A DNA stretch of 64,000 bases from Bacteroidota bacterium (GCA_040385445.1 JAZKHI010000027.1:14549-78548); one strand, 5' to 3'; counted from the first letter of the stretch, positions 34,984 through 46,302 are shown. Translations and numbers: made by a program. Notes: generated from the sequence alone by a model not told the origin.

Positions 34984-37266
34984 TTATTTTTTAGGTTTCG
35001 AGCCCATATAAAAAGTCAATTTTGAACCTGAAGTAATATCTTTGTGTTTGATAAATAAATTACGTAACACTTTTCCGTTTAAAACAACTTTTTGAATATA
35101 TACGTTTTTATCACTTTGATTCACCACATCAATTGTAAATTTATTTCCGTTTTCTAAGTTCAAAACAGCATTGTTAACCGATGGTGAACCAATTGCATAT
35201 TCTTCTGAACCTGGAGAAACGGGATAAAATCCTAAAGAAGAAAAAATATACCAAGCACTCATTTGTCCGCAATCATCATTTCCACCTAAACCGTCTGGAG
35301 TGGGTTTGTATTGCATTTTCATGATTTTTCTTACTTGCGATTGTGTTTTCCAAGGTTCGTTTGTCCAATTGTAAAAATACGCCACATGATGTGCAGGTTC
35401 ATTTCCATGAACATAACCGCCAATTATTCCTTCTCTTGTAATATCTTCCGTTTCCGCAAAGAATGAATCGGGTAAATGCATAGAAAATAAAGTATCTAAA
35501 CGAGACGAGAATTTATCTTTTCCACCCATTTTTTCAATCAATTCGGTTGGATTATGAGGTACGAAAAAGCTGTAATTCCAACTATTTCCTTCAATAAATC
35601 CTTGTCCGTGAGTAGACAAAACATCAAAGTTACTTTTGAAAGTGCCATCCGCTAATTTTGGTTGCATAAAACCGGTTGTCGCATTGAAATTATTCTTCCA
35701 ATTTTGAGAACGATTTATAAATTCAGTGTAAATATCTTCACGATTTAATTTCTTAGCTATTTGTGCAATACACCAATCGTCATAAGCATATTCTAATGTG
35801 TTTGAAACAGAAATGCCGCTTTTTTCAGCAGGTATAAAACCTAAATCCATGTAATAACCAATGCCTTCATAGTTTCTGTGTTTAGCTGTTGTTACACAAG
35901 CGTCTAAAGCTTCATTTGGATTGCCTTTATAAACATCTTTTAGTATCGCATCAGCAATCACAGAAACGCTATGATAACCGCTCATACACCAATTATCATT
36001 TCCATAATGCGACCAAATTGGCAACATATGCAACGCACTTTGATTGTAATGCGTCATCATCGATTTTACCATATCATTATTGCGTGAAGGCTGAATTATA
36101 TTAAAAAAAGGATGCAAAGCGCGATAGGTGTCCCAAAGTGAAAACGTACTATAATTGGTAAAATCTTTGGCAGTATGAATTCCTTGATCTAATCCTTTAT
36201 ATTCTCCATTTATATCCGTGTAAACGGTTGGGTTTATAAAAGTGTGATACATGGCCGTGTAGAAATTCGTTTTAGTATCTTCCGATGCGTTTATAGTAAC
36301 TTTATTTAGTTCGGAATTCCATAGTTTTTGAGCATTGGTTTTTACTTTTTCGAAATTCCAATCTTTAATTTCAGCTTGCATATTTTCCAAAGCATTTTCC
36401 TGACTTACAGAGGATAATGCAAATTTAATTTGAATTTTTTCTGCTTCATTTGTATTGAAATCGAAATGCATTCGGATGTTTTTTCCAGCTATTTCTGGAA
36501 AGTTTTTAGTTTCATCAAATTTTCTCCAAAAACCTCTATAGGTTTGTTTATCATCATAATTTTTTTGTCCGTAATTGGTAAATGGTTTTGAAAATGACAT
36601 TGCAAAATAAACTGTTTTGGTTCGTGCCCAGCCATTTGTTTGTCGATAACCCGTTATTAAAGTATCATTCACCACTCGAACATACGTCCAAACGTTTTTC
36701 TCTTTATAATTATAAATTCCCGACATTAAATCCAATATGATATGACTTTCGTCAGATTTCGGAAACGTATATTGATGCATTCCAACTCTTGTAGAAGTAG
36801 TCATTTCAGCTAAAATATTATCATCATCAAGTTTGACTTTATAATAACCTGCTTCAGATGTTTCATTCGCATGTGAAAACGCAGAACGAAATCCGCTTTT
36901 TGGCTTCGCTGCAGTTCCTGGATTTAATTGCAGTTTTCCAATTGTTGGCATGATTAGAAAATCGCCCAAATCAGAATGTCCAGTTCCACTAAAATGAGTA
37001 TGACTGAAACCAACAATAGTTTTATCTTCATATCTATAACCAGCGCAATATTTGTACACATCGCCATTATACTTTCCGTTTAATTCATACGAAATAGTAT
37101 CTGTTTCAGGACTTAATTGCACGGCTCCAAACGGAACTGTTGCTCCAGGATAGGTATGTCCCATTTTTTCTGTACCAATAATTGGTTTTACATATTTTAC
37201 CAGATTTTGTTGCGCATAGTTTGTAAAATAGGATAGTAGTAGTATAAGTATTGGTAGCTTTTTCAT
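34984..37266 (-). CDS. GH92 alpha-1,2-mannosidase family
   Basis: GHTYPGATVPFG.VQLSP, FSLWDTYRA, HGNEP.HH, GNDDCGQMSAWY. Confidence 0.92.
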   Translation of the reverse strand: MKKLPILILLLSYFTNYAQQNLVKYVKPIIGTEKMGHTYPGATVPFGAVQLSPETDTISYELNGKYNGDVYKYCAGYRYEDKTIVGFSHTHFSGTGHSDLGDFLIMPTIGKLQLNPGTAAKPKSGFRSAFSHANETSEAGYYKVKLDDDNILAEMTTSTRVGMHQYTFPKSDESHIILDLMSGIYNYKEKNVWTYVRVVNDTLITGYRQTNGWARTKTVYFAMSFSKPFTNYGQKNYDDKQTYRGFWRKFDETKNFPEIAGKNIRMHFDFNTNEAEKIQIKFALSSVSQENALENMQAEIKDWNFEKVKTNAQKLWNSELNKVTINASEDTKTNFYTAMYHTFINPTVYTDINGEYKGLDQGIHTAKDFTNYSTFSLWDTYRALHPFFNIIQPSRNNDMVKSMMTHYNQSALHMLPIWSHYGNDNWCMSGYHSVSVIADAILKDVYKGNPNEALDACVTTAKHRNYEGIGYYMDLGFIPAEKSGISVSNTLEYAYDDWCIAQIAKKLNREDIYTEFINRSQNWKNNFNATTGFMQPKLADGTFKSNFDVLSTHGQGFIEGNSWNYSFFVPHNPTELIEKMGGKDKFSSRLDTLFSMHLPDSFFAETEDITREGIIGGYVHGNEPAHHVAYFYNWTNEPWKTQSQVRKIMKMQYKPTPDGLGGNDDCGQMSAWYIFSSLGFYPVSPGSEEYAIGSPSVNNAVLNLENGNKFTIDVVNQSDKNVYIQKVVLNGKVLRNLFIKHKDITSGSKLTFYMGSKPKK

Positions 37267-37310
37267 GTGATTTTTTAATTTTATAGTTTTCAGAATAATC
37301 AAAGAAATAA

Positions 37311-37661
37311 TTATTCTATATCTAATTGCTTTTTTATTTTATTAGTAAGTTTAGCTTTAACCAAATCATAAGATTGGTTGATGAATTTTTCCCAATCCGA
37401 ATGTTTCATTCTGGTAATATCATCAATATAAACCCATTTGTATTTGGCTACATAAGGTGCTGGTTTAAATCCAGGTAAAGTGGAAATTTCTTCAAATTCT
37501 TCGTCGGTAACTTTAAAAGAAGCGCTAGTTGGTACTTGATCTAAACCAATTACACAAAACATTTTTCCTCCAATTGAAAATACTAAATCGTGACCCCATT
37601 TTATGTCTTGAGTCGCCATTGGCAAGGATAAACATAAGCTGCTAATATCTTCGATGTTCAT
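37311..37661 (-). CDS. MmcQ/YjbR family protein
   Basis: KWG..LVF.IGGKMF, PAPY, SYDLV. Confidence 0.8.
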   Translation of the reverse strand: MNIEDISSLCLSLPMATQDIKWGHDLVFSIGGKMFCVIGLDQVPTSASFKVTDEEFEEISTLPGFKPAPYVAKYKWVYIDDITRMKHSDWEKFINQSYDLVKAKLTNKIKKQLDIE

Positions 37662-37669
37662 TTTATATC

Positions 37670-38230
37670 TTATTTGTATTTATCGTTTAAACCCACGCCT
37701 TGTAAAATCAAGGGTTTTATTTTCTCGATGCGTTTTAGCTTTGTAGCTTCTTGTTTGGCTTCGCTGATGTAAACTATATATTCTTTTTGTTTACCAGGTG
37801 TCAGTTTATCAAAAGCAGTTTTCAAGGATTTGTTATTTTTGAATTCCAATTCTAATATTTCCGAAACTGGTACAGCCACAAATTTTTCTGGCGATATTTT
37901 TAAACCTTTTTTTTCAATTTCAATGGCTTCATAAATGTATTCTGTAATTTTCTTTTCGTCAATTTCAGCAATAGAAGTAAAGCGCCATTGACGCAATGAT
38001 TTGGTTTTGCCTTCTTGTGCATTTACCAAAACGTTGTATTTATCTTCTAGAAATACACCATTATAAAACCAAAGCATAAAATAGTTTTTGAAACCGCCAT
38101 AACTCACCACATTTTTACCATTATAAGTAAACACTTCAGCACCCCATTTTATGGTTTTTTCTAAAGGGAGTTTGTTAATGATGGAAGCTAGAATTTCCAT
38201 TTCTTCCATCCATTTTGTGTTGTTTTGCAT
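37670..38230 (-). CDS. YdeI/OmpD-associated (DUF1801) family protein
   Basis: IKWG, RQWRF, FDKLTPGKQKEY, AKQEAT..KR. Confidence 0.8.
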   Translation of the reverse strand: MQNNTKWMEEMEILASIINKLPLEKTIKWGAEVFTYNGKNVVSYGGFKNYFMLWFYNGVFLEDKYNVLVNAQEGKTKSLRQWRFTSIAEIDEKKITEYIYEAIEIEKKGLKISPEKFVAVPVSEILELEFKNNKSLKTAFDKLTPGKQKEYIVYISEAKQEATKLKRIEKIKPLILQGVGLNDKYK

Positions 38231-38604
38231 TATTTTATTTTTTTGAAATTAAAACTATAAAAAACATTAATCGAAAAGACAATTAATGAAATTATATTAA
38301 TTAATAGAATAATTTCATCCATATTTGAATTTATGATCAATACCGAAATTAAAAGTATTAAAGTGTGTAAAATAGAAATTTTAAACGATGTGCTTTTCTT
38401 TAAAAGAGTAATTAAACTATAACAAACAATATAAAAAGTTAAAACAAAAATGAAGTATAATTTTATGTAAAAACCTAATTTATCTACCCAACTCCAAGAG
38501 ATTGTTCTGTTAAAACCACTTGGTAAATTAATGATATATAATGCTAAAATTATTAGCGTTATTAGAAACATTCTTTTAGTAAATAATAGTTTTATTTGAT
38601 TCAT
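38230..38604 (-). CDS. Hypothetical membrane protein
   Basis: Four hydrophobic segments; abuts the next gene. Confidence 0.5.
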   Translation of the reverse strand: MNQIKLLFTKRMFLITLIILALYIINLPSGFNRTISWSWVDKLGFYIKLYFIFVLTFYIVCYSLITLLKKSTSFKISILHTLILLISVLIINSNMDEIILLINIISLIVFSINVFYSFNFKKIK

Positions 38605-38737
38605 TTAAAGTTCAATTTTTATATTCGTAAATCTAAAAAAAAATCCCCAATTATCGCTAATTGAGGATTTTTATATTTATCTGTTATCTTTGAAAGCACT
38701 TCGACTCCGCTCAGTGTGACAAATCAAAGAACTAAAA

Positions 38738-39796
38738 TTAAGATTTATTTTCTTTGTTGAAGTAAACCAAGTAGTAATACATTTGTTTTTCTTCGTCCCA
38801 ACCTTTTTCTACAAATTTCTCCGCACTTTCAGGATTAATGAAATCTAATCTAATTTGTATGTTGGTGTCTAATTCAATTGTGTTTTTTAGTTTTCTACGC
38901 ACATCCGTTACGGCTGCATTCGCGATAGGGAAACTAGAAATGTCTTCAATACTATATTTCGCACCTTTGTCGACTTTATAGTTCTTGAATTCTGGTATCA
39001 AATCCGGATTATTGATGACATCATTTAAGAAAGCGGTTTCTTCAAATTCGTCGTTTTTTGCAAAGTGATTTACGGCTCTGTTCATAAACAAAACTTCTTC
39101 TTTTTTGTCTTCTGCTGGCAAAACCACTTCTTTAGCGAAATCTTTACAAAACTGTAAGTATTTTTTAGTCATAAATGTTTCATCTTGAAATACATCTACA
39201 CTTAAAAAATGCTCTAACCAGTAACGCGCATCGTATCTGTTGCTGTCAACCGTTAAAATTTTATAACCTTCTTCTTTTTTGTAATTGAAAATCAAACAAC
39301 CTTTATCTAACTTGTTTAAGTTGATTCCGTCTTGTAAAATCATTTCTAAATTACTTCCATTTTCTTGAAATTGTAAGAAGTCGGTTTTGATTTCACTTTT
39401 GAAAATACCAATCGCATCTACCACATTATTATCAATAGAAACGTTCGTTAAATAAGCAATATAAACTTCTCCGCTTTTAATGTGTGGATGATTTGATTGC
39501 TCAAATAAATGCTGTGTAATTTTTTTAGATACGTTATGAATTTCGCTTGGTTTGTTGAAAATTTCCGTTGCCAAGTTAAACATTTCATTGTATTCTAAGT
39601 CTACATCATGTGCAAACTGATAGTAGTTTTCTTCTTTTTCACGAAATGCCTTAAAGAAATATTCCTTTAAAATTGGCATAATTTCATCATTCAGCGAATA
39701 CGGATTTTCAGAAAGAAAAATTTGTTCTTCTTTATTTTTATTACCAACTCGGTGTATAGAAAGATTTTCTACGTGTGTATTAAATAAGTTTATCAT
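38738..39796 (-). CDS. Nucleoid-associated protein (NdpA/YejK-like)
   Basis: IHRVGNK, HPHIKSGE, GIFKSE, GINLNKLDKGCLI, YW...FL. Confidence 0.75.
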   Translation of the reverse strand: MINLFNTHVENLSIHRVGNKNKEEQIFLSENPYSLNDEIMPILKEYFFKAFREKEENYYQFAHDVDLEYNEMFNLATEIFNKPSEIHNVSKKITQHLFEQSNHPHIKSGEVYIAYLTNVSIDNNVVDAIGIFKSEIKTDFLQFQENGSNLEMILQDGINLNKLDKGCLIFNYKKEEGYKILTVDSNRYDARYWLEHFLSVDVFQDETFMTKKYLQFCKDFAKEVVLPAEDKKEEVLFMNRAVNHFAKNDEFEETAFLNDVINNPDLIPEFKNYKVDKGAKYSIEDISSFPIANAAVTDVRRKLKNTIELDTNIQIRLDFINPESAEKFVEKGWDEEKQMYYYLVYFNKENKS

Positions 39797-39893
39797 TTTT
39801 TTGGCCCCACCCGGCCTCCCCAAAAGGGAGGAGAGTTTTACGGGTATTTTTTTTAGTTACTTTATTTTGTTTCCTTTTGAGAGTTTGGGTGTT

Positions 39894-40445
39894 TTAATTC
39901 CAATTTTCTTCAAATCCAGGATCGTCATAAGACTCATTATCGCCAAACATATCTAAATCATCTTCATCTAAATCATCTTCGAAGTCGTTAAATAAGTTCT
40001 CGTTATCTAAGTCGCCACCTCTAAAACCACTTGTTGTAGCTTCTTCAGGTAAAACTCCGTGAGAGAATAATAAGGCAGGATAAATTACTTCTTCTTTATT
40101 TTCTTCAATTGCAGCTAATTCAACGAAAAATGTCCACATTGAAAATAAATCGTAAACGTAAACTAATTTGGTATTTTGTTCGTGTACTAAATCGTCTAAT
40201 TTATATTCGGCCATTGTTTTTATTTCACCCGGAATATCTCCTGTGTCAAACATCGGAATTCCATCTTCTTCATGCCAAGCCCAATCGTCTCCACAAGTAT
40301 AAAAAGCACCAACTTCAGTACCATCAAAACCAAAAGCATTGACTAAAGCGTTGTGTAAATCTTCTAAAGTATCTTTTGCATCGATAGCAATATCTCTAAA
40401 AATATCTTCTTCGTTGTCTAAAATGGCTCTAAACTTATAAATCAT
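39894..40445 (-). CDS. pRiA4b ORF-3 / TnpR-passenger-like protein with acidic tail
   Basis: RDI.I....LEDLH..L..AFGF, YVYD...W.F.VEL. Confidence 0.7.
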   Translation of the reverse strand: MIYKFRAILDNEEDIFRDIAIDAKDTLEDLHNALVNAFGFDGTEVGAFYTCGDDWAWHEEDGIPMFDTGDIPGEIKTMAEYKLDDLVHEQNTKLVYVYDLFSMWTFFVELAAIEENKEEVIYPALLFSHGVLPEEATTSGFRGGDLDNENLFNDFEDDLDEDDLDMFGDNESYDDPGFEENWN

Positions 40446-40511
40446 AATATGTAATTTTAAAAGGCAAAAGTACGTAATATTTGAAATGTTTTTTACTCTA
40501 AAAGCAGATTG

Positions 40512-41114
40512 TTAATAAGATTTTTTTAATGCTTTTGTCGCAAAAACAAACCATAAAATAAAAGTGAATTCAATAACACGTTGTATCAAGCCTTTATAGT
40601 CTGAATCGAAATTATTGAAAAGAATAATTATAAAAAACAAGCTGATTAAAAATAAGAAGATACAAGCTTTATAAAAAAAGGTGTCGCCAAATTTTTTAAA
40701 ATCCATTCCTACGAATAGCATCGCAAAAGGCATAATTAGGTAAGTAATTGAACCTGATAAATTATGAATAGCCTGTGAAATTGTTGGATTAATGAAATTC
40801 GGATTACAACCCGCATCGCAATTAAAAATCGCACAAATTAGAGTTGCAAACGAATAGCTAACTAAAATTAAAATACATGCAATTGTTTTTAAATTTGATT
40901 TTGGAGTTTTAGAATTAAAATACAGCACGAAAATTCCAGTAAAAATAGCACTCGGAATGTATCCAAAAAATCGCAACTGAAAATTATATGTGGCATCAAC
41001 GGCATACGATTCTGAAATAAGATTACTAATATGACTATAATTTGGAAATAAATAACCGCCAATAATGGTTGTAATAATAAAAAGTAAGCAACCAATTATA
41101 CCAAAGTTTCTCAT
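40512..41114 (-). CDS. DUF998-like membrane protein
   Basis: YSH....ISE, F.CD.GC, H, GLIQR. Confidence 0.65.
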   Translation of the reverse strand: MRNFGIIGCLLFIITTIIGGYLFPNYSHISNLISESYAVDATYNFQLRFFGYIPSAIFTGIFVLYFNSKTPKSNLKTIACILILVSYSFATLICAIFNCDAGCNPNFINPTISQAIHNLSGSITYLIMPFAMLFVGMDFKKFGDTFFYKACIFLFLISLFFIIILFNNFDSDYKGLIQRVIEFTFILWFVFATKALKKSY

Positions 41115-41117
41115 AAA

Positions 41118-41573
41118 TTACATTTTGTTTTTCGCAATCTTGTTGTGTGTTTCATTTATAACTCCTAATGCTGCAGTGCAATACCAAACGGTTAAATCGG
41201 CTTCAAAAATTTTGGCTTGAACGGCTGGATCAGAATTGACTAATTTTTCCGCTTCTTCAATTGTGCTACAATTAAAAATGAAAACACCTCTATAATTTTT
41301 GTCGTTTTTCATAAATGGTCCAGCCACAACCAACTTATTTTCATCTGCTAATTTGTTGATATTAGCCATATGACCTTCAAAAAGTTTTTTTCTTTCTTCT
41401 GGAGTTGCCGTTGTGTTTGTTCCGGTCTTTAAAATACAAAAAACATAGGTTTTCATGCCGTTATCGTCAGCATCTAATTTTTTGGCTAAAGCTTCGTCAT
41501 AATTGGTTTTTTCTTGTGAAAATCCAACTTGATTGAAAGCAATAAATAAAAGGATAAATAGTATTTTTTGCAT
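41118..41573 (-). CDS. YciI family protein
   Basis: GHMANI, AGPF, DPAV. Confidence 0.75.
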   Translation of the reverse strand: MQKILFILLFIAFNQVGFSQEKTNYDEALAKKLDADDNGMKTYVFCILKTGTNTTATPEERKKLFEGHMANINKLADENKLVVAGPFMKNDKNYRGVFIFNCSTIEEAEKLVNSDPAVQAKIFEADLTVWYCTAALGVINETHNKIAKNKM

Positions 41574-41702
41574 GATTTTTAGTTTTTAAAAAGATAAAGG
41601 TAATGGATTTACAATTCAGATGCAAAATTCTACAATTCGGTACAATACTTTTTTAGTTGACTATCGATTATGACAACTTTGCTTCATCAAAATCAATATA
41701 TC

Positions 41703-43856
41703 ATGAAGAATTTTATTATCATTTTAGTTACACTATTCAGTTTTACCACTTTTTCTCAAACTAAGATTTCAGGAAAAGTAGTCAACAAAAAAAATGTTGC
41801 TATGCAAGGCGTGAATGTTTTTATTGACGGCACTTACGATGGCGCATTAACCAATGAAAATGGCGCATTTAGTTTCGAAACAGATGCCAAACAAAATCAG
41901 GTTTTGAAATTTACCCTGAATGGTTTTTTAGATGTTACTGAGAATATTGTAATAGAAGAATATGTGAGTCGAGTTTTTACACTTTTTCAAGATATGAATA
42001 CGATTGAAACCGTTGTGATTTCTGCAGGAACGATAAAAGCGGGAGATAATAGTAAAGTTACGGCTTTGAAACCTTTAGATATTGTTACCACTGCTGGTTC
42101 TTCTGGCGATATTGTAGCGGCTTTGGAAACCATGCCAGGTGTAAATGCGGTTGGTGAAAGTGGGCGTTTATTTGTTCGTGGTGGAGATGCTGGAGAAACA
42201 CAGACTTATGTTGACGGAATTCGTGTAGCGCAACCATATGGCGCTTCGCCGAATAATGTTCCAACTCGTGGCCGATTTTCTCCTTTTTTATTTAAAGGAA
42301 TTACGTTTTCAACTGGTGGTTATAGTGCCGAATTTGGCGACGCTTTATCAAGTGTGTTATTGTTGAATACGGTTGATGAACCCGCGCAAAACCAGACAGA
42401 TATTTCAATTATGTCGGTTGGTGTTGGACTAGGGAAATCAAAGAAATGGAAAAACAGTTCGATTACGTTTAACACGAGTTACATCAATTTGAAACCATAT
42501 TATTTGATTACTCCACAAAGTTTAGATTGGAACAAAGCGCCAGAATCTATGGCTGGTGAAACGGTTTTCAGAACTAAAATTAAAAAAGGGTTGTTAAAAG
42601 TGTATGCCGCTTTTGAAAATTCTTCAATGAACTTAAATCAAAAAGATATTAATTATACAGACAAGATTAAATACGGATTAACGAATAATAATTTTTATAT
42701 CAATTCGGTTTACAAAGGTGATATTGCGTCAGCTTTGCAATTACAAACTGGTTTTAGTTTTGGATATGGAAACAATCAAATCGGAATTAATGCTGATAAA
42801 TTGAATAATTACGAACGAGCTCTGCATTATAAATTGAAACTGAGAAAAACGTTTTCAAATATGTTTAAATTGAATGTTGGTGGTGAGTTTTTCCACACGA
42901 ATTTCGATGAAAACTATAAAGATTTTTCACAAAACAGATACGATTATGGATATCAAAATAATACGGTTGCACTTTTTACAGAAGCAGAAGTTTTTTTATC
43001 TCAAAATTTAGCTTTCAATTTGGGTTTGCGTTCTTCAAATGCTTCAGTTGTGGATGAATTTACTATAGAACCAAGGGTTTCTGTTGCTTATAAAATTGCG
43101 AAAAAGAGTCAGCTTTCCTTAGCTTACGGAAGTTTTTATCAAACCGCAAATCCTGATTATTTAAAGTTCACTCAAAATTTAAAATATGAAAACACCAATC
43201 ATTATATTTTGAATTATTTATACAACAATAACGGGAAAATGTTTCGTGCAGAAGCGTATTTTAAAGACTATTCTAATTTGGTTAAATTCGATTCTAACAC
43301 ATCTAGTTTTACGTCTAATTTCAATAATAACGGATTGGGTTATGCAAAAGGAATCGATTTATTTTGGCGTGATAATAAAACCGTTAAGCACTTAGATTAT
43401 TGGGTAACGTATTCTTTTATCGATTCGGAAAGAGATTATAAAGATTTCGAAAAACAAGTCACTCCAAGTTTTATTGCGAATCATAATTTTTCCATTGTAA
43501 CTAAATTTTGGGTAGATAAATTGAAATCGCAAATTGGATTAACGTATAATTTTAATTCGGGTCGACCTTACGATAATCCAAATGAAACGGAATTCATGAA
43601 TCAGAAAACCAAATCGTATAATAATTTTAGTTTGGGTTGGTCGTATTTATTATCACAACAAAAAATCTTATATCTTTCTGTCTCTAATTTATTAGGTTCG
43701 GATAATGTTTTCGGATATCAATATGCGAATTCACCTGATACAAATGGAACTTTTCAAAGACAAGCCATCACACAATCGGCAAGTCGTTTTTTCTTCGTTG
43801 GTTTCTTTTGGACGATTTCCGACAATAAAAAAGCAAATCAATTGGATCAACTATAA
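41703..43856 (+). CDS. TonB-dependent receptor
   Basis: N-terminal carboxypeptidase-regulatory-like domain, plug motifs FVRGG and GGYSAEFG..LSSV, beta-barrel with EPR. Confidence 0.85.
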   Translation: MKNFIIILVTLFSFTTFSQTKISGKVVNKKNVAMQGVNVFIDGTYDGALTNENGAFSFETDAKQNQVLKFTLNGFLDVTENIVIEEYVSRVFTLFQDMNTIETVVISAGTIKAGDNSKVTALKPLDIVTTAGSSGDIVAALETMPGVNAVGESGRLFVRGGDAGETQTYVDGIRVAQPYGASPNNVPTRGRFSPFLFKGITFSTGGYSAEFGDALSSVLLLNTVDEPAQNQTDISIMSVGVGLGKSKKWKNSSITFNTSYINLKPYYLITPQSLDWNKAPESMAGETVFRTKIKKGLLKVYAAFENSSMNLNQKDINYTDKIKYGLTNNNFYINSVYKGDIASALQLQTGFSFGYGNNQIGINADKLNNYERALHYKLKLRKTFSNMFKLNVGGEFFHTNFDENYKDFSQNRYDYGYQNNTVALFTEAEVFLSQNLAFNLGLRSSNASVVDEFTIEPRVSVAYKIAKKSQLSLAYGSFYQTANPDYLKFTQNLKYENTNHYILNYLYNNNGKMFRAEAYFKDYSNLVKFDSNTSSFTSNFNNNGLGYAKGIDLFWRDNKTVKHLDYWVTYSFIDSERDYKDFEKQVTPSFIANHNFSIVTKFWVDKLKSQIGLTYNFNSGRPYDNPNETEFMNQKTKSYNNFSLGWSYLLSQQKILYLSVSNLLGSDNVFGYQYANSPDTNGTFQRQAITQSASRFFFVGFFWTISDNKKANQLDQL

Positions 43857-43990
43857 TTTTTTGATTAGAGGTTTTGAATTTGATTTTTGCCATTGAAAAC
43901 ATTTATGAAGCAATAATAAAAAATGTAACTTTTATTACATAAAAAAGCATTTGATTTTTATATTTTTGCTCCAAATTAAAAAATACGACA

Positions 43991-44938
43991 ATGTCAAACG
44001 AAATAGAAAAAGTAAAATGCCTTATAATAGGTTCTGGTCCTGCAGGATATACTGCTGCAATTTATGCGGCTAGAGCTAATATGAATCCGGTTTTATACCA
44101 AGGAACACAACCAGGTGGACAATTAACAACAACTAACGAAGTAGAAAATTTCCCAGGTTATCCTGATGGAGTTACTGGACCAGAGATGATGGTGCAATTA
44201 CAAAGTCAAGCACAACGTTTTGGAACTGATGTTCGTGATGGTTGGGCAACAAAAGTTGATTTTAGTTCAGAACCTCATAAAGTTTGGATTAACGAAACTA
44301 CAGAAATTCACGCCGATACAATAATTATTTCTACTGGAGCTGCTGCAAAATATTTAGGATTACCTTCAGAACAACATTATTTAAATACTGGTGGTGGTGT
44401 TTCTGCTTGTGCAGTTTGTGATGGATTTTTCTACAGAAATCAGGAAGTTGTAATTGTTGGAGCAGGAGATAGTGCTTGTGAAGAAGCACATTACTTATCT
44501 AAATTATGTAAGAAAGTAACAATGTTGGTTCGTACAGATAAATTTAGAGCTTCTAAAATTATGGCAGAACGTGTTCAAAACACAGAAAATATCGAAATTT
44601 TATTAAGTACTTCTACAGTTGAAGTTTTAGGTGACGGACAAGTGGTAACTTCTGTAAAAGTTAAAAATAATGTTACCAATGCAGAACATGAAATTCCAGC
44701 AACTGGATTTTTCGTAGCCATTGGTCACAAACCAAATACAGATATTTTTGCTGAATATTTAACTTTAGATGAAACAGGTTATATTGTAAATGTACCAGGA
44801 ACTTCTAAAACAAATGTACCAGGTGTATTTGTTGGTGGAGATGCTGCAGATCATGTTTACAGACAAGCGGTTACGGCTGCTGGAACAGGTTGTATGGCTG
44901 CGTTAGATGCAGAAAGATATTTAGCAAGTAAAGACTAA
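43991..44938 (+). CDS. trxB: Thioredoxin-disulfide reductase
   Basis: GSGPAG, GGQL, CAVCDG, GAGDSACEEA, YRQAVTAAG. Confidence 0.95.
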   Translation: MSNEIEKVKCLIIGSGPAGYTAAIYAARANMNPVLYQGTQPGGQLTTTNEVENFPGYPDGVTGPEMMVQLQSQAQRFGTDVRDGWATKVDFSSEPHKVWINETTEIHADTIIISTGAAAKYLGLPSEQHYLNTGGGVSACAVCDGFFYRNQEVVIVGAGDSACEEAHYLSKLCKKVTMLVRTDKFRASKIMAERVQNTENIEILLSTSTVEVLGDGQVVTSVKVKNNVTNAEHEIPATGFFVAIGHKPNTDIFAEYLTLDETGYIVNVPGTSKTNVPGVFVGGDAADHVYRQAVTAAGTGCMAALDAERYLASKD

Positions 44939-44960
44939 ATTTTTATTTCAAAATAATACT

Positions 44961-44988
44961 AAAATCGGATTTTATATCCGATTTTTTT
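44961..44988 (+). terminator. Intrinsic terminator after trxB
   Basis: aaaatcggat-ttt-atatccgattttttt. Confidence 0.75.
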
Positions 44989-45044
44989 GTTTTAAGCCTC
45001 AGCTTGGCTCGATTTTTGATATCTTTGTAGAAGCAAAATTTACA

Positions 45045-45785
45045 ATGAAACATACAGTTTATTTATTACTTTTATTCTTACTTTCTGGTTGTGCCCAACA
45101 ATTAGTTTTTGAGCGCAAACAATACAATTCTTCATATAGTCCAAATTATACAACGAGTTATAATTCGGCAAATATTAAAATGGAAGTTTTAGAGGCCAAA
45201 AACGATGATCATATAAATAAAGTCATTTTTGAAAACATTAAAGAACTTTCTAGCTTTATTGATAGTCAAAACTTAACTATTAATAATTACAATCAATTGA
45301 CAAAAGGTTTTGTTGATACTTATAAAAACGCCAAAAATAAAACACCTGGTAGTAATATTAAAAACTGGGAATTTGAATTAGAATCGAACATTGAATTTGA
45401 AACGGAAGAATTTGTAAATATTGGTATTAATTATACTTCTTCTTATGGAGATGCTTCTGGTTTTGGAGGAAAACGCTCTCTAATTTTTAACAAACAAACA
45501 GGAAATCAATTAAAATTAGATGATGTTTTTTTAAATACAAAAGCCGTTTCTAAATTAGTGGAAGCTAAATTCAGAGATAAATACAATGTAAATAATGCTA
45601 TTCCTTTAAATCAACAAGGTTATTGTTTTGAAACAGGTTCGTTTTATCTTACCAATAATGTTTTTTTTAATATCGAAGGTGTGAAATTCTTATATAACAT
45701 CAACGAAATTTCTTCATACGATAAAGGTTCGTACGAAGTATTTTTAACGTATCAAGAAATTGATAAATACTTATTAATTAAATAA
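45045..45785 (+). CDS. DUF3298/RsiV-like lipoprotein
   Basis: Lipobox SGC, TG..L.LDDVF, FLYN..EI..Y..G. Confidence 0.65.
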   Translation: MKHTVYLLLLFLLSGCAQQLVFERKQYNSSYSPNYTTSYNSANIKMEVLEAKNDDHINKVIFENIKELSSFIDSQNLTINNYNQLTKGFVDTYKNAKNKTPGSNIKNWEFELESNIEFETEEFVNIGINYTSSYGDASGFGGKRSLIFNKQTGNQLKLDDVFLNTKAVSKLVEAKFRDKYNVNNAIPLNQQGYCFETGSFYLTNNVFFNIEGVKFLYNINEISSYDKGSYEVFLTYQEIDKYLLIK

Positions 45786-46233
45786 ATTTTTTAATTTTCA
45801 TCATAAATCCTAAATGGATGCCTTCATGATAATTATTAAATTGAATCGCATCATTTAAATTCTGTAAAGAAAATCCTGTTTTGGTTTCGTAAGGTGTATA
45901 TTCTTGAAAAACACCATTTTCATAATCTGAAATCGTCTGATTCATCGTTGAAATTAATAAACTTTTAATTTCATTCACTTCTTCTAAAGTTGTATTTCCC
46001 GTTGGAACAGAACCATTTTGGTATTTAGCAGTCATTTCATCGGTTACATATCTTGGTAAACCCGAAAGTCTGTAAATTAATCCTTGTTGCGAAACAATAA
46101 TATGCCCAATATTCCAAATCAAATTATTGCTCATTCCTTCTGGAATTTTGTTCAGTTGTTCTAAAGAATAATTTTCTAAAAATTTCAAATAAGTAGCCCT
46201 GCTTGTTTTCCAAATTTTAAAAGTTGCTTCCAT
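45778..46233 (-). CDS. DinB family protein
   Basis: NNLIWNIGH, HEGIHLG. Confidence 0.85.
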   Translation of the reverse strand: MEATFKIWKTSRATYLKFLENYSLEQLNKIPEGMSNNLIWNIGHIIVSQQGLIYRLSGLPRYVTDEMTAKYQNGSVPTGNTTLEEVNEIKSLLISTMNQTISDYENGVFQEYTPYETKTGFSLQNLNDAIQFNNYHEGIHLGFMMKIKKFI

Positions 46234-46302
46234 GTTGTTTATTTGTTTCCGTAAATTTATTATAAAAAAATAACTTTCTTACCTTTGCACTTTAAATTTA
46301 TT

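Noticed and set aside
39894-40445. TnpR/pRiA4b-like gene as evidence of a second mobile element
   Set aside because: No transposase, terminal repeats or duplication nearby; it sits among ordinary chromosomal genes.
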